Shown one piece after another: positions 18,659 through 29,150 of a DNA stretch of 64,000 nt. The notes beneath the pieces were generated by a model. That model was not told the DNA's origin and searched no databases. It worked only from the letters and a program-made list of their open reading frames with translations. The DNA is from an uncultured delta proteobacterium (GTDB lineage: Bacteria > Myxococcota > Kuafuiibacteriia > Kuafuiibacteriales > Kuafuiibacteriaceae). The DNA lies in contig CAWDML010000003.1 of assembly GCA_963803435.1 (NCBI GenBank), forward strand, positions 64,001 through 128,000, written 5' to 3'. Both the position numbers and the translations under genes were made by a program. The stretch's first letter is position 1; each line of letters starts with the position of its first letter.

Positions 18659-20431
18659 TTGATCTCCGTCCGCTCCGCGCAGGGTGAAGAGACCATCCCG
18701 CTCGAGGACTTCGAGGCGCGGGTCCGCCAGGGCTTGATCGCGCCCTCCACGCTGGTCCGGCTCCCGGTGCTGACGGGAGACCGCTGGGTCGACGCCCGTG
18801 AGCTCGAGCTTTTCCGGCGTCTCTACGCGCCGGCGCGGATCCACTTCACGCGCGCGTTCTCGTTGGGCCGCTTCCCCTGGCTCACCACCACACTGGTCGT
18901 CCTCCAGATCGTGCTCTACTTCGGGATCGCGGGGGCGCAGCGGATGCTCGCCCTCGATCCGCTGATCGAGGCCGGCGCCAAGATCCCCGCGAACATCCTC
19001 GAGCTCGGCGAGACCTGGCGGCTCTTGACCGCGAACTTTCTCCACCGTGACATCCTCCACCTCCTGTTCAACATGTTCTTCCTGTTCAACGTCGGGGGGA
19101 CGATCGAGAACGCGTATCGGCTTCGCGACTATGTGCTGATCCTGGTGGCGTCGGCGGTCTCGACGACGGTGCTCTCCACGCTGCTGTCCAATAGCGCCTC
19201 CGTCGGCGCCAGCGGGATCGTGCTCGGTCTGTTCGGGAGTGCCTCGGTCTTCGGTTACAAGTACAGCGACATCCTGCCCGCCCGCTATCGAAGGTACTTC
19301 GGCGGCGCGGTGTTGCCGTACGCGCTCTTCATCCTCTACGTCGGGCTCGCGAACAAGGACACGGACAACTGGGGTCACCTGGGCGGGATGCTGGGCGGGC
19401 TGGCGGCCACCGTGCTGCTCGATCCGAAGCTGCTGCACCTCGGGCGCGCGGTCGAGCGCCCGCTGGTCCGCTTCGCGCCCATCCTCGCCAGCGTCGGGAT
19501 CGTGGCCGCCGTGCTGATCGCGGGCCCGCTGATCCGAGCCTCCGGGCCGAGCTTCACCGAGGTGTCCGATCCGAAGAGCGGCATCCGGTTCGTCCACCCG
19601 GATCGGTGGAAGAGCCTGGAGGAGAACCACCTCGGGTATCCGGCGTGGGGAAACAACACCATCGTGGTCGGCATCGGCGTGAGCGCCGAGCGACGCACCA
19701 CGCATCCGTTCACGGTGGACGAGGTCCGCAGGCGCTTCGTGCGGGACGAGCTCCGCGCCCGCGAGCGGGACGGAGACATCGCTGCCGTCGAGATCGTGGA
19801 CGAGCGTCCCTTCCTGATCGAGGGCGGGGTGGGCAAGAAGCTCGACATCACGCTCGAGTCGCGGGTCGGACCCCTGATCACGCGAAACTATTTGATCGCC
19901 CGCGGCTACTACTCGTATGCCGTCGTGCTGTCGGCGCGCGCCGAGTGGGCCGACGACTACACGAAGATCTTCGACACCATGGAGTCCGAGATCCGACTGA
20001 TCGAGCCCGAGGCGCTCACCAACGCCAAGCAGCGGGTCGCGATCTTCCCCGGTCAGTCGAGCGAGCATGTGGAGCTCGGCCATCAGCTCGCGTCGATCGG
20101 CGAGGTCCAGGCGGCCGCCCAGGCCTACCAGCGCGCGCTCGAGGCCCTGCCCGAGCTCCCGGAGGCGCTGTACGGCCTGGCCAAGCTGGCGGCCGACTAT
20201 GAGGGGGATCTGGACCAGGCCGAGGGCATCGCGGCCGAGCTCCACCGGCAGAGCCCGGAGGATCCCGCCTACGCCGGGCTGCTCGCGGATCTCCGCAATC
20301 GTCTGGGGCAGATCGACGGTGCCTGTGCGGTTCTTCAGGAGACGCTCGACCGGGTCTCGGATCCGCCGGAGGATCTGAGGGAGCGTCTGGTCCGGCTGGG
20401 CTGCCGCTCGGGAGCCTTGCTGGACCCATGA
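18659..20431 (+). CDS. Rhomboid intramembrane serine protease with C-terminal soluble and TPR domains
   Basis: WRLLTANFLH..HLLFNM, VGASG (Ser), HLGG (His), TPR tail. Confidence 0.9.
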   Translation: MISVRSAQGEETIPLEDFEARVRQGLIAPSTLVRLPVLTGDRWVDARELELFRRLYAPARIHFTRAFSLGRFPWLTTTLVVLQIVLYFGIAGAQRMLALDPLIEAGAKIPANILELGETWRLLTANFLHRDILHLLFNMFFLFNVGGTIENAYRLRDYVLILVASAVSTTVLSTLLSNSASVGASGIVLGLFGSASVFGYKYSDILPARYRRYFGGAVLPYALFILYVGLANKDTDNWGHLGGMLGGLAATVLLDPKLLHLGRAVERPLVRFAPILASVGIVAAVLIAGPLIRASGPSFTEVSDPKSGIRFVHPDRWKSLEENHLGYPAWGNNTIVVGIGVSAERRTTHPFTVDEVRRRFVRDELRARERDGDIAAVEIVDERPFLIEGGVGKKLDITLESRVGPLITRNYLIARGYYSYAVVLSARAEWADDYTKIFDTMESEIRLIEPEALTNAKQRVAIFPGQSSEHVELGHQLASIGEVQAAAQAYQRALEALPELPEALYGLAKLAADYEGDLDQAEGIAAELHRQSPEDPAYAGLLADLRNRLGQIDGACAVLQETLDRVSDPPEDLRERLVRLGCRSGALLDP

Positions 20432-21246
20432 GACGAGGCGTGGTGGCGAACGCGAACGACGGACTCCTCGCGCGCCTCTCGGCGTTCGTCGGGCGCTTTC
20501 GGGTCTTCTTCGTCCCCTTCGGCCTCTTTTCGATCCTCGCCATCGGCATCCACTCCGGGAGCGATCACATCGACGACGTCACGTACGCCTGCCTCAACGT
20601 CCTCGATCGCCTCCTCGACGGCGTCTTCGCCGCGGTGATCCGGGCCGTCTGGAGCTTCTTCGGCTCGCCGGAGGCCACCACCCAGGCTGCGATCTTCTGG
20701 GCGGTCGATCTGATCGATCTCGAGGTGAAGGACGGCATCGCTCGCTTCGCCGCGCTGATCGTCGAGCTCCTCGCCGACGTGATCCTGGCGCTCCCGGTGT
20801 TCCTCTACCGCGAGCGCGACGTCTCGCTGGTCGGCGTGGTGCGGAAGACGATGAAGGATCCCACCGTCCTTCGTGTGGTGGCGCCGATCTCCGGCGCGCT
20901 CGCCAGCCTCGCCGGCGTCCTCATCGTCACCCGCGAGATCCAGGTCTTCACCAGCGCCGAGCTCCTCTCCATCAAGACGGCGACCTCGCTCGCCGGCTGG
21001 GCCGCCAGCTTCGCGGGCCTCCTGGCGCTGGTCCTGGTGAGCTGGCGTCTCGGGTGGGTCGTCACCGTCGCCTCGATCCGCTGGGCCGAGTCCCGCGCGA
21101 TCGAGGACGAGCGCAACCGCGTCCCCGAGAAGACGCGTCGCCTCCGAGGGTGGTTCACCGCGCTGATCGCGCTCCCGATCTCCTGCTTCGCCTTCGTCGA
21201 CGCCATCGCGGTCATCGGCCGCATCCAGGCGCTGCTCCCTGGCTGA
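20428..21246 (+). CDS. Hypothetical multi-pass membrane protein
   Basis: Several hydrophobic segments, ATGA coupling with the rhomboid gene. Confidence 0.7.
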   Translation: MRRGVVANANDGLLARLSAFVGRFRVFFVPFGLFSILAIGIHSGSDHIDDVTYACLNVLDRLLDGVFAAVIRAVWSFFGSPEATTQAAIFWAVDLIDLEVKDGIARFAALIVELLADVILALPVFLYRERDVSLVGVVRKTMKDPTVLRVVAPISGALASLAGVLIVTREIQVFTSAELLSIKTATSLAGWAASFAGLLALVLVSWRLGWVVTVASIRWAESRAIEDERNRVPEKTRRLRGWFTALIALPISCFAFVDAIAVIGRIQALLPG

Positions 21247-21255
21247 GGTCATCAG

Positions 21256-22533
21256 ATGGTCGATCCCAGCGGCGAGATGCAGAAGCTCAGTCGGCTCATC
21301 GAAGAGATGAGGAAGAAGGCGGACGGGACCGCCACCACGCCGGCCGTTCTCCCCCCGCCGAAGCGGAAGCGCCCCCGGGGCGGCCTCCTCGATCTGATCG
21401 CGGTCAGCATGGCGATCTACACCATGATCGTGACGACTCCGGTCGGAGGTCTGGTCGTCCGCACGTTCAACTATCTCACCGGCGCCCGGGCCAAGACGCG
21501 CCCGCTGATCGCGTACTTCGCGACGGAGGGGACCAGCAGCGCGGCGGGCGACGCGCGGATCCGCACGATCGCGCGGGCTCCCAAGAAGGAGGATGCGACC
21601 GGACGCCTCGCGAAGAAGGTCGGCCTGTCGCCGGAGGTGGCGCACGCGGTGGTGGTGATCGCGTCGTCGGGCGAGCAGGACGCGAACGGTCGTTACCAGG
21701 TCCGGCTGCTTCCGGCGGGCAAGTCCTCCCTCGCACAGATCGGCGTGCCGTTCCCCGCGCGGAAGGCGGCCAAGGATCGGGAGGAGGCCCTGATCGAGGG
21801 AGTGGCGAAGCTGGAGAAGGACCTCGGCTCTCCCGAGGCGGCGGTGGCAGCGCTCGCCGTCGAGCTCCCGCGGGTGCGCTACGCGGTCGATCGGGCGCGC
21901 GCGTCCGGTGCCGCCGATCCGGTGCCCTACACCTCGCTGCGACCGTTTCTCCCTCCGGCCGATCGCGACGACGCCGACAACCTGGTGGACGGCACGTTCG
22001 CGCTGGCGATCGCCTATGATCTCCAGTGGCCGGTCCCCGAGCACTACGCGGTCACCTCGGGGTTCGGATACCGGGAGCACCCGATCCTGGGCGGGCGGAA
22101 GCTCCACGCCGGCACCGATCTCGGCGTACCAGCGGGGACCGAGGTGCACGCGATCGCCGACGGCGTGGTGGTGCACGCGACCCGCGACGGCATCAACGGG
22201 TTGTTCGTGCAGATCGATCACGGACACGGCCTGACCAGCGCCTACTGTCACAACTCGAGGCTCCTGGTCTCGAGCGGCGACAAGGTCCGGAAGGGCGCGG
22301 TGATCTCGCGCTCCGGATCGACCGGGCGATCGACGGGGCCCCACCTGCACTTTCAGCTGGAGATCGATCGGAGGCCCGTGGATCCCGAGCTGTTCCGTCA
22401 GGGGGTCGAGCCGGTGGCGCAGGTCGCGCCGCTGCCTCCGCCGCGCGTGGTGGCGAGAGCGGTCTTCCGGCGCATCCCGAAGTCGTGGCGCCGGCGCTAC
22501 GGCCGGGTACGCAGGCTGGTGGCGATCCGCTGA
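21256..22533 (+). CDS. Membrane-anchored M23 metallopeptidase
   Basis: HAGTD, AYCHN, GSTGRSTGPHLHF. Confidence 0.9.
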   Translation: MVDPSGEMQKLSRLIEEMRKKADGTATTPAVLPPPKRKRPRGGLLDLIAVSMAIYTMIVTTPVGGLVVRTFNYLTGARAKTRPLIAYFATEGTSSAAGDARIRTIARAPKKEDATGRLAKKVGLSPEVAHAVVVIASSGEQDANGRYQVRLLPAGKSSLAQIGVPFPARKAAKDREEALIEGVAKLEKDLGSPEAAVAALAVELPRVRYAVDRARASGAADPVPYTSLRPFLPPADRDDADNLVDGTFALAIAYDLQWPVPEHYAVTSGFGYREHPILGGRKLHAGTDLGVPAGTEVHAIADGVVVHATRDGINGLFVQIDHGHGLTSAYCHNSRLLVSSGDKVRKGAVISRSGSTGRSTGPHLHFQLEIDRRPVDPELFRQGVEPVAQVAPLPPPRVVARAVFRRIPKSWRRRYGRVRRLVAIR

Positions 22534-22541
22534 GAGCCGGC

Positions 22542-23495
22542 ATGGAACGTCGGCCAAGGGACGCGCGCCGTCTCGTCGTCGAGTACGCCGCGGTCGTCTC
22601 GGTCCTGGTGATGATCGCGACGATCTCGGGCTTTTTCGGCGGCGTCTGGTGGCTGCTGGATCTCTTCTCGCACTTTCGGATGCAGTACGCGGCGCTGGCG
22701 CTGCTCTGTGTGGTCGCCACGATGGTTCGGCCCGGATGGGTGACGGCGCTGACCGCGGCGCCGCTGCTCGTCAACGCCGCCTGCATCGCGCCGCTGTACC
22801 TGGGAGCGCCCGGGAGGGCCGATGCGCGCGTGACGCCGCTGGTCGTCACCAGCTTCAACGTCCACACCGAGAATCGCGAGAAGGCGGCGGTGGTGACGCT
22901 GCTCGAGCGCTCGGGGGCCGACGTGATCTTCGTGTACGAGGTCGACCGCGCCTGGCTGGAGGCGCTGGAGACGATGACGCCGCCGTATCGGATCGTCGAC
23001 AGCCGTCCCGAGTCCGACAACTTCGGGATCGCCGCCCTCGCGCGGGTGCCGGTCGCGGATCACCGTGTGATGGTGATGTCCGACGCGCTGGTGCCTTCGA
23101 TCGAGGTGACGATCGAGTGGGAGGGCCGAGAGGTGGTCCTCCTCGGGACGCACGCGCTCCCTCCCGTCAATGCCGCCTATGCAGCCGCCCGCGATCAGCA
23201 GCTCGCCAACGTCGGCGCCTGGTCCGAGAGGGAGCGCCGGCCTCATGCGGTGTTCGGCGACTTCAACGCGACGCCTTGGTCGGCGCCGTTTCGCGCCTTG
23301 GTCGAGGGGACGCTCGTCGACAGCGAGCGCGGTTGGGCGCCCAGCTGGCCGGCCGGGCAGGGGGCGCTCGGGCTCCTCGCCGTCCCGATCGATCACGCGC
23401 TGGTCAGCAAGGAACTGATCCCGCTGTCCCGCACGATCGGCGACAGCGCCGGATCGGATCACCGCGCGCTCACGGTGCGTCTCGGCTTCTACTGA
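22542..23495 (+). CDS. Endonuclease/exonuclease/phosphatase (EEP) family membrane protein
   Basis: SFNV, YEV, GDFNATPWS, IDHAL, GSDH. Start at the ATG at 22542. Confidence 0.9.
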   Translation: MERRPRDARRLVVEYAAVVSVLVMIATISGFFGGVWWLLDLFSHFRMQYAALALLCVVATMVRPGWVTALTAAPLLVNAACIAPLYLGAPGRADARVTPLVVTSFNVHTENREKAAVVTLLERSGADVIFVYEVDRAWLEALETMTPPYRIVDSRPESDNFGIAALARVPVADHRVMVMSDALVPSIEVTIEWEGREVVLLGTHALPPVNAAYAAARDQQLANVGAWSERERRPHAVFGDFNATPWSAPFRALVEGTLVDSERGWAPSWPAGQGALGLLAVPIDHALVSKELIPLSRTIGDSAGSDHRALTVRLGFY

Positions 23496-24505
23496 ACCTG
23501 GAAGCTGGCGGCGGCGGTCGCGGTGCGACCAGACACCAGGAAGAACGACGTCGAGGTCTTCGTGTCGAGGGGACCGAGGAAGTCGCTGATCAGCACGAAG
23601 GTGGCGCGGACCGCGTTGGTGCCGCCCAGCAGGTTTTCGATCGTGACCTGGCCGGCGTCGCAGGCGACGGTGGCGCTCGCGATCTCCACGCCCATGCGGG
23701 CGGTGGGGATCGTCTTCAGCGAGATGCGGACGCGGTCGCCCTGGACCTCGTCGCAGGTGGCGGGGCCGGAGGTGCTGGTGATGCTCCAGAGGCCGTGGAA
23801 GCTCGCCGGGTCTCCGGGATCCTGGAAGAACGCGATGCCCTGATCCGCCTGCGCGGCTTCACCGACGCGAATCTGGAAGCGCTGCGGTACCCCGATCCGC
23901 GTGCCCGCCGCGTCGAGCATCTCGGCGAACACCTCGTAGATGCCGGGGTCGAGGGCGTCGACCAGGACCTCGCCGTCCTGGCAGTCAGGGTCCATGTCGA
24001 ACTGTCCGAACGAGCTCGGCGTCGTGTACAGGTGGATGCGGTCGACCTCGAAGGCGCCGCAGTTCGCGGCCGCGTTCTCACCTGCGATGGTCCAGTGGAA
24101 GAAGATGCTCCCCTTGTCGAACGAGCCCTGATCGATCACCACCGGAATCTCGAGCTCCGCCTCTTGATCGGCGACCACCTTGAGGTTCTGGTCCGAGATG
24201 GTGAGGACCGAGCCGCGGCCGGAGACGTCGAAGCTGAGCGTCACGCCGTATTGCCCCGGCGTCACGCGCTCGAACCGCACCGTCTGATCGTCGCCGCAGG
24301 GCACGTCGACGAGATCCCGTCCGAAGCGCACCGAGGCGCTGGTGAAGCCGAGCTCGCCGCAGTTGAGCGGATTCCCGACCTCATCGACGAGGGACCAGCT
24401 GATGACGGCCGAGCCGTACGTGACGGGCGGAGGCGGCGGTGGTTGATCGGCCCCGCTGCACCCGGCGATGCTGCCGAGGACGAGGATCGTGCGCATCGTC
24501 CACAT
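23489..24505 (-). CDS. Lipoprotein with three tandem beta-sandwich-like repeats
   Basis: Lipobox IAGC, three units of W..C...V..C.DG. Confidence 0.75.
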   Translation of the reverse strand: MWTMRTILVLGSIAGCSGADQPPPPPPVTYGSAVISWSLVDEVGNPLNCGELGFTSASVRFGRDLVDVPCGDDQTVRFERVTPGQYGVTLSFDVSGRGSVLTISDQNLKVVADQEAELEIPVVIDQGSFDKGSIFFHWTIAGENAAANCGAFEVDRIHLYTTPSSFGQFDMDPDCQDGEVLVDALDPGIYEVFAEMLDAAGTRIGVPQRFQIRVGEAAQADQGIAFFQDPGDPASFHGLWSITSTSGPATCDEVQGDRVRISLKTIPTARMGVEIASATVACDAGQVTIENLLGGTNAVRATFVLISDFLGPLDTKTSTSFFLVSGRTATAAASFQVQ

Positions 24506-24550
24506 GTTCGAGAATCTACCCGCCAGATGCTGTCCTTGGCGTGCGACATC

Positions 24551-24579
24551 TTGACACCTCGATCGGAGCGAACCATATT
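24551..24579 (+). promoter_or_regulatory. Sigma70-type promoter of tRNA-Asn
   Basis: TTGACA-17 nt-CATATT, 16 nt upstream of the tRNA. Confidence 0.7.
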
Positions 24580-24595
24580 CCCGGCTCCCAAACGG

Positions 24596-24668
24596 TCCGC
24601 AGTAGCTCAGTCGGCAGAGCGGGTGGCTGTTAACCACTAGGTCGGGGGTTCAAGTCCCTCCTGCGGAG
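24596..24668 (+). tRNA. tRNA-Asn (GTT), CCA not encoded
   Basis: Acceptor TCCGCAG/CTGCGGA, D arm GCTC/GAGC, anticodon arm GGTGG-CTGTTAA-CCACT, T loop TTCAAGT. Confidence 0.97.
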
Positions 24669-24709
24669 CTCGAATCGAAAGGCCCCTTTGGGGCCTTTTT
24701 CGTTTCGAG
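24669..24709 (+). terminator. Rho-independent terminator hairpin after the tRNA
   Basis: aaaggcccc-ttt-ggggccttttt, extendable by ctcgaa..ttcgag. Confidence 0.75.
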
Positions 24710-24815
24710 CGGGCAGCAGGGCCTCGGTCACGAAGGCTGCGCGCTTCGCGCTCGCCTTCTCAGTTAGCTCAAGTCCCTCGGACGCTCGCGTCACCTCGGG
24801 CCTTCGGCCCTCGGT

Positions 24816-24858
24816 CGCTCGCGGATCGGAGCTCGCTCCGCTCGCGGATCGGAGCTCG
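24816..24858 (+). repeat. 20-bp direct repeat within a REP-like hairpin cluster
   Basis: cgctcgcggatcggagctcg at 24816-24835 and 24839-24858. Confidence 0.8.
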
Positions 24859-24862
24859 AAAG

Positions 24863-25519
24863 TCATCGCTGCGTGATCACCTGCTGGAGGAACGTCGCTG
24901 CGGCGGTCTCCGCGAGGAGGCTCGAGCGGAGGGCGCTGAACAGCGTCTGGTCGTCGAACGCCGGTCGGATCGGGCCGTTGCATCCCAGGTCGCCCGACGC
25001 GACCCCGGCCCGGAACGCGCCGTGGCAGACGTCGCTCTCGTCGAGCGTGTCGATGAGCGCCTGGTGGACCGTGCGCTGCGCCTCGACGAAGGCGGTGTCG
25101 AAGTCCACGCCCTGCGTCTCGAGCATGGCCATGATCTGCTGAGCCTCTTGCTGGGCCTGACTGCTCTCGATGCTCTCCACCGGGATGATTCCGAGGCGTG
25201 TCAGGCCGGCGTCCAGGATCCGTTGATCGTGCGCGTGCGCCGCGATGATGTCTTCCGCGAAGCTTCGGACCAGCGCGTCGGAGGCGAGCTGGGTGGCGAG
25301 CGCGCTCTGTTCGGTCGTCGCGACGCTCACGATCGAGACCAGCTGGGCGAGCTCACCTGCGGAGAGGCCGGACGCGTCCTCCGCCACCGGCGAGCCGAAG
25401 GAAGCCGGGCGGCTGCGCCCGGTGCCGTTGGGTGGTCCCTCGTTCCGTGCCTCTCCGCCGCACGCAACCACGGCGGCGGTCAGGGCCAGAGGGCACACGG
25501 TCGTCTTCCAGCGGGTCAT
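24863..25519 (-). CDS. DUF4142-like (ferritin-fold) lipoprotein
   Basis: Lipobox VVAC, VRSFAEDIIAAH, FDTAFVEAQRTVHQ. Confidence 0.75.
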   Translation of the reverse strand: MTRWKTTVCPLALTAAVVACGGEARNEGPPNGTGRSRPASFGSPVAEDASGLSAGELAQLVSIVSVATTEQSALATQLASDALVRSFAEDIIAAHAHDQRILDAGLTRLGIIPVESIESSQAQQEAQQIMAMLETQGVDFDTAFVEAQRTVHQALIDTLDESDVCHGAFRAGVASGDLGCNGPIRPAFDDQTLFSALRSSLLAETAAATFLQQVITQR

Positions 25520-25632
25520 CGACGTCCTTCGGTGCACCCCGCATGCCGCCGGACGCGGTCGGGTCGGCCGGCCTTGGCGTTGGCGGCGAGACGCGTCGAG
25601 TGTGGCGTTGCTGGGCGCGCAGATGGACGGAT

Positions 25633-27255
25633 TCAGCGCCGCGCCGAGTCGCGCACGTAGAGCTGAACGAACGTGACCTCGTCGACGTAGACACCATCGA
25701 CCGGGCGCAAACCGATGCGCGAGAAGGCCGCCTCCTCCGAGGGCGGATAGCCTTCGCGATCCTCGAAGAGCGTGGCTGCGTCTCCCTGCTCGGGTGCGTT
25801 TGCGAAGGAGATCGAGCCCGGGAGCGTGCCCTCCCGGACGTACATGCGGTACGCGTCGTAGTTCGTGTGATCGAAGAACACCCGGGTCCCCGGACGAAGC
25901 TGGGCGACCTGGTCGAGGAGCGGTCGATTGAGCCCGCCCCAGAAGCTGCGCTGCATTCCGATCTCAGCGCCCCCGCGGATCCCGCCGGCCAGCTCGTTGT
26001 AGTAGCCGACACCGTTCGGATGACTGCGGACGATGCCGAGGAGGCCCGGCGCCATCGCCAGCGCCGCCAGCGTGGGGGCCGCCAAGGCGCGATGCCGCGG
26101 GAGCGCGTCGGCGAGCCAGCGGGCGGCGTCCACCAGGCCGCGCGCCGCCAGGATGCAGAGCGCCGGCATCGCGTTGTACCAGTGCTTGACGCCGCCGAAG
26201 ATCGGCGTGCCCGGGATCGAGATCAGCGCGATGGGGAGCAGCGCGCCGATCGCGAGCAGGAGATCGGGGCTCGAGCGACGGAGCGAACCGACCGCCGCGC
26301 GGAGCAAGCCGAGCGCCCCCAGCCCCAGGATCGTGGCGGGCACCGTCAGCACCGTCATCATCCACGAGAAGTGCCAAGGGAACGGCGGGTGCAGATAGAC
26401 CTTCCCGAAGTAGCGGATGGGATAGTGCTCGTGATTGAGGTGGAAGCGGACGTAGGTCGCGATCCGCGCGAACGTGTCGTGCCAGAGCCAGGGCCAGTGG
26501 GCGACGAATACCAGCGGCCCGAGCACCGCGCAGATCAAGAGCACACGCGGGATCGCGGGCAGCCGGAGATCGTAGCCGCCCGAGGGCCCGGGCACGAAGC
26601 GGAGTGCCCGCAGCGTGTGCTCGCGATGCAGCCAGAGCAACACGAAGATCGCCGGGAGGAAGAGGGCGTTGAGCTTGGTCGCCAGCGCCAGCCCGAACAG
26701 GAGCCCGGCGAGGAGCTCACTCCCGAGACGGCCGCCGTCGAGGGCCCGCCAGAAAGACCACAGCGACAGCGTCCACATGGCCGTGATTGGGACGTCGAAG
26801 CAGGCGAGGTGGGCGTCGTAGAAGTAGCGCGGAATCGTCGCCATCAGCGCGGCCGCCATCAGCCCCACCGGCGCCGAGACGGTGCGACGACCCAAAAGGA
26901 AGGTGGCGAACAGGCTGAGCGCCGCGAAGGCGAAGCCGGTGAAACGAAACCCCTGGGCCGGCCCGGTCCAACCCAACCACTTGTGCAGCACGCGAAAGCT
27001 GATCCCCTGGAGCAGCTTCACCAGCGCCGGATGCTCGGCGTTGTATTCGAAGCGCAGCCGGATCTCACCGTCCGAGAACGCGTCGGCGAAGCGGCGCGAG
27101 AAGAGCGTATCCCACCAGGCGCCGTACTGTTCGGCGGCCTTGAAGTAGTAGCCTTCGTCGCGGGTATAGCCGGTCGCGGGAGCCGTCGCGGCCAGTACTG
27201 TCGCATAACCCGCCGACAACACGACGGCCGCCAGTGTCCACCGTCGCGACTCCAC
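25633..27255 (-). CDS. ArnT/PMT-like (GT-C) membrane glycosyltransferase
   Basis: RDEGYY, EHPALVK, LALATKLN, multiple TM helices. Confidence 0.85.
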   Translation of the reverse strand: MESRRWTLAAVVLSAGYATVLAATAPATGYTRDEGYYFKAAEQYGAWWDTLFSRRFADAFSDGEIRLRFEYNAEHPALVKLLQGISFRVLHKWLGWTGPAQGFRFTGFAFAALSLFATFLLGRRTVSAPVGLMAAALMATIPRYFYDAHLACFDVPITAMWTLSLWSFWRALDGGRLGSELLAGLLFGLALATKLNALFLPAIFVLLWLHREHTLRALRFVPGPSGGYDLRLPAIPRVLLICAVLGPLVFVAHWPWLWHDTFARIATYVRFHLNHEHYPIRYFGKVYLHPPFPWHFSWMMTVLTVPATILGLGALGLLRAAVGSLRRSSPDLLLAIGALLPIALISIPGTPIFGGVKHWYNAMPALCILAARGLVDAARWLADALPRHRALAAPTLAALAMAPGLLGIVRSHPNGVGYYNELAGGIRGGAEIGMQRSFWGGLNRPLLDQVAQLRPGTRVFFDHTNYDAYRMYVREGTLPGSISFANAPEQGDAATLFEDREGYPPSEEAAFSRIGLRPVDGVYVDEVTFVQLYVRDSARR

Positions 27256-27333
27256 GGTGCGGGACTATAGAGGGCCGAAGCCGGCATGGCGAGCGCTGGA
27301 TAAAACAGGGGCGAGAGAATAGGACGTGAACGC

Positions 27334-28773
27334 GTGGAGCTCGCCAAGGTTCTCTTCGACGCCACGGCCGACGCCTTGATCGCGACCTCGCCCGAAGGAG
27401 ATGTCCTGGTCTGGAACCGAGGCGCCGAGACTATCTTCGAGCTCGACCGTACCGAGGCCAGCGGGCGGGCGATCGAGGATCTGATCGTGCCTCCCGAGGG
27501 TCGCGCCCAGATCCGGAGCGCATTCGAGCGTGCCCTCGCGACCCCGGGGCTGATCCAGTTCGAGACGGTGCGAAGGCGGAGGAACGGTCTCGAGCTCCCG
27601 GTCAGCGTCCGTATGGAGGCCGTCCGCGATCCTGCGGGCGGCGGGCTCTTCTTGGTCCTCAGCGCCCGCCCTCGGGAGATGAACGCGCCCGAGGCCGTCT
27701 TTCGCGGCCTGCTGGAGACGGCGCCCGACGCGATGGTGATCGTCGGGCTCGACGGGCGGATCGTCCTGATCAACGCGCAGACCGAGTCGCTCTTCGGATG
27801 GTCGAGGACCGAGCTTCTCGGCAAACCCGTCGAGGTTCTCATGCCGGAGCGGTTTCGCGAGGGGCATCCCGAGCACCGCTCCTACTATCACTCGAGCCCG
27901 CGGACCCGACCGATGGGCGCGGGGCTCGACCTGTACTGCGTACGAAAGGACGGCAGCGAGTTTGCGGCCGAGATCAGCCTCAGCCCTATCGAGGTCGACG
28001 ACGGCACGCTGGTGACCGCAGCCATCCGCGACATCACCGAGCGGAAGCGACTCGAGGAGCGGCTCCAGGAGACCAATCGCCTGAAGAGCGAGTTCGTCGC
28101 GAACATGTCGCACGAGCTGCGGACGCCGCTGAACGCCATCATCGGGTTCGCGACGCTGCTCCACCGCGAGAAGGTCGGCCCCCTCACGGCCGCGCAGAAG
28201 GAGTACCTGGGCGATGTCCTGACCAGCTCTCGGCACCTCCTCCAGCTGATCAACGAGGTCCTCGACCTGGCGCGGGTGGAGTCGGGCCGGATGGTCTTCA
28301 ATCCGGAAAAATTTGCAGTCGAGCCGATCGTCCGGGAGGTCTGCGATGGCTTGCGTGGACTAGCGGCGGAGAAGAGAATTCAGCTCGAGTATCGGATTGA
28401 TCCCTCTCTGCCTGAGCTTTTCGTCGATCTCGCGAAGCTCAAGCAGGTCCTCTATAACTATCTCTCGAATGCGCTCAAGTTCACGCCTGAGCAGGGCCGC
28501 GTCGAGATCCGGATCCGCTCGGTCGACGCGGATCACTTCGCCGTCGAGGTCGAGGACACCGGCATCGGGATCGAGCCGAAGGACCTCGAACGTCTCTTTA
28601 CCGAGTTCATGCAGCTGGATGCCGGGACCGGGAAGCGGTATCCAGGGACAGGGCTGGGACTCGCACTCACCAAGCGAATCGTCGAGGCGCAAGGTGGTCG
28701 GGTCTCCGTCGACAGTACGCCGGGCCAGGGCAGCACGTTCTCGGCGGTGCTTGCGAAGGTGATCGAGGCTTGA
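27334..28773 (+). CDS. PAS-PAS histidine kinase
   Basis: Two PAS domains, [26 protein letters not shown]. Confidence 0.93.
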   Translation: MELAKVLFDATADALIATSPEGDVLVWNRGAETIFELDRTEASGRAIEDLIVPPEGRAQIRSAFERALATPGLIQFETVRRRRNGLELPVSVRMEAVRDPAGGGLFLVLSARPREMNAPEAVFRGLLETAPDAMVIVGLDGRIVLINAQTESLFGWSRTELLGKPVEVLMPERFREGHPEHRSYYHSSPRTRPMGAGLDLYCVRKDGSEFAAEISLSPIEVDDGTLVTAAIRDITERKRLEERLQETNRLKSEFVANMSHELRTPLNAIIGFATLLHREKVGPLTAAQKEYLGDVLTSSRHLLQLINEVLDLARVESGRMVFNPEKFAVEPIVREVCDGLRGLAAEKRIQLEYRIDPSLPELFVDLAKLKQVLYNYLSNALKFTPEQGRVEIRIRSVDADHFAVEVEDTGIGIEPKDLERLFTEFMQLDAGTGKRYPGTGLGLALTKRIVEAQGGRVSVDSTPGQGSTFSAVLAKVIEA

Positions 28774-29150
28774 TGGGCGATCCGATACTCGTCGTTGACG
28801 ACAACGCGGCGAACCTCAAGCTGGCCCGCGTGCTCCTGGTCTCGGAGGGGTATCAGGTCCGCACCGCCGCGGACGCCGAGGAGGCCCTGCGGGTGCTCGA
28901 GTCCTTCGCGCCGCGCCTGATCCTGATGGATGTCCAGCTCCCAGGGATCGACGGCCTCCAGCTCACGCGACAGATCAAGGCCGATCCGCGCCATCGAAAC
29001 ATCATCGTCGTCGCGCTGACCGCGTACGCGATGAAGGGAGACGAAGAGAAAGCGCGGGCGGCCGGCTGCGATGGCTACGTCTCGAAGCCGATCGATCCCG
29101 ATACCCTGCCGGTTCTGGTCGCCGAGCTGATCGCGGGGGCGCCCCGATGA
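28773..29150 (+). CDS. Single-domain response regulator (DivK-like)
   Basis: VVDDN, LMDVQLPGIDG, ALTAYAM, KPID. Confidence 0.92.
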   Translation: MGDPILVVDDNAANLKLARVLLVSEGYQVRTAADAEEALRVLESFAPRLILMDVQLPGIDGLQLTRQIKADPRHRNIIVVALTAYAMKGDEEKARAAGCDGYVSKPIDPDTLPVLVAELIAGAPR

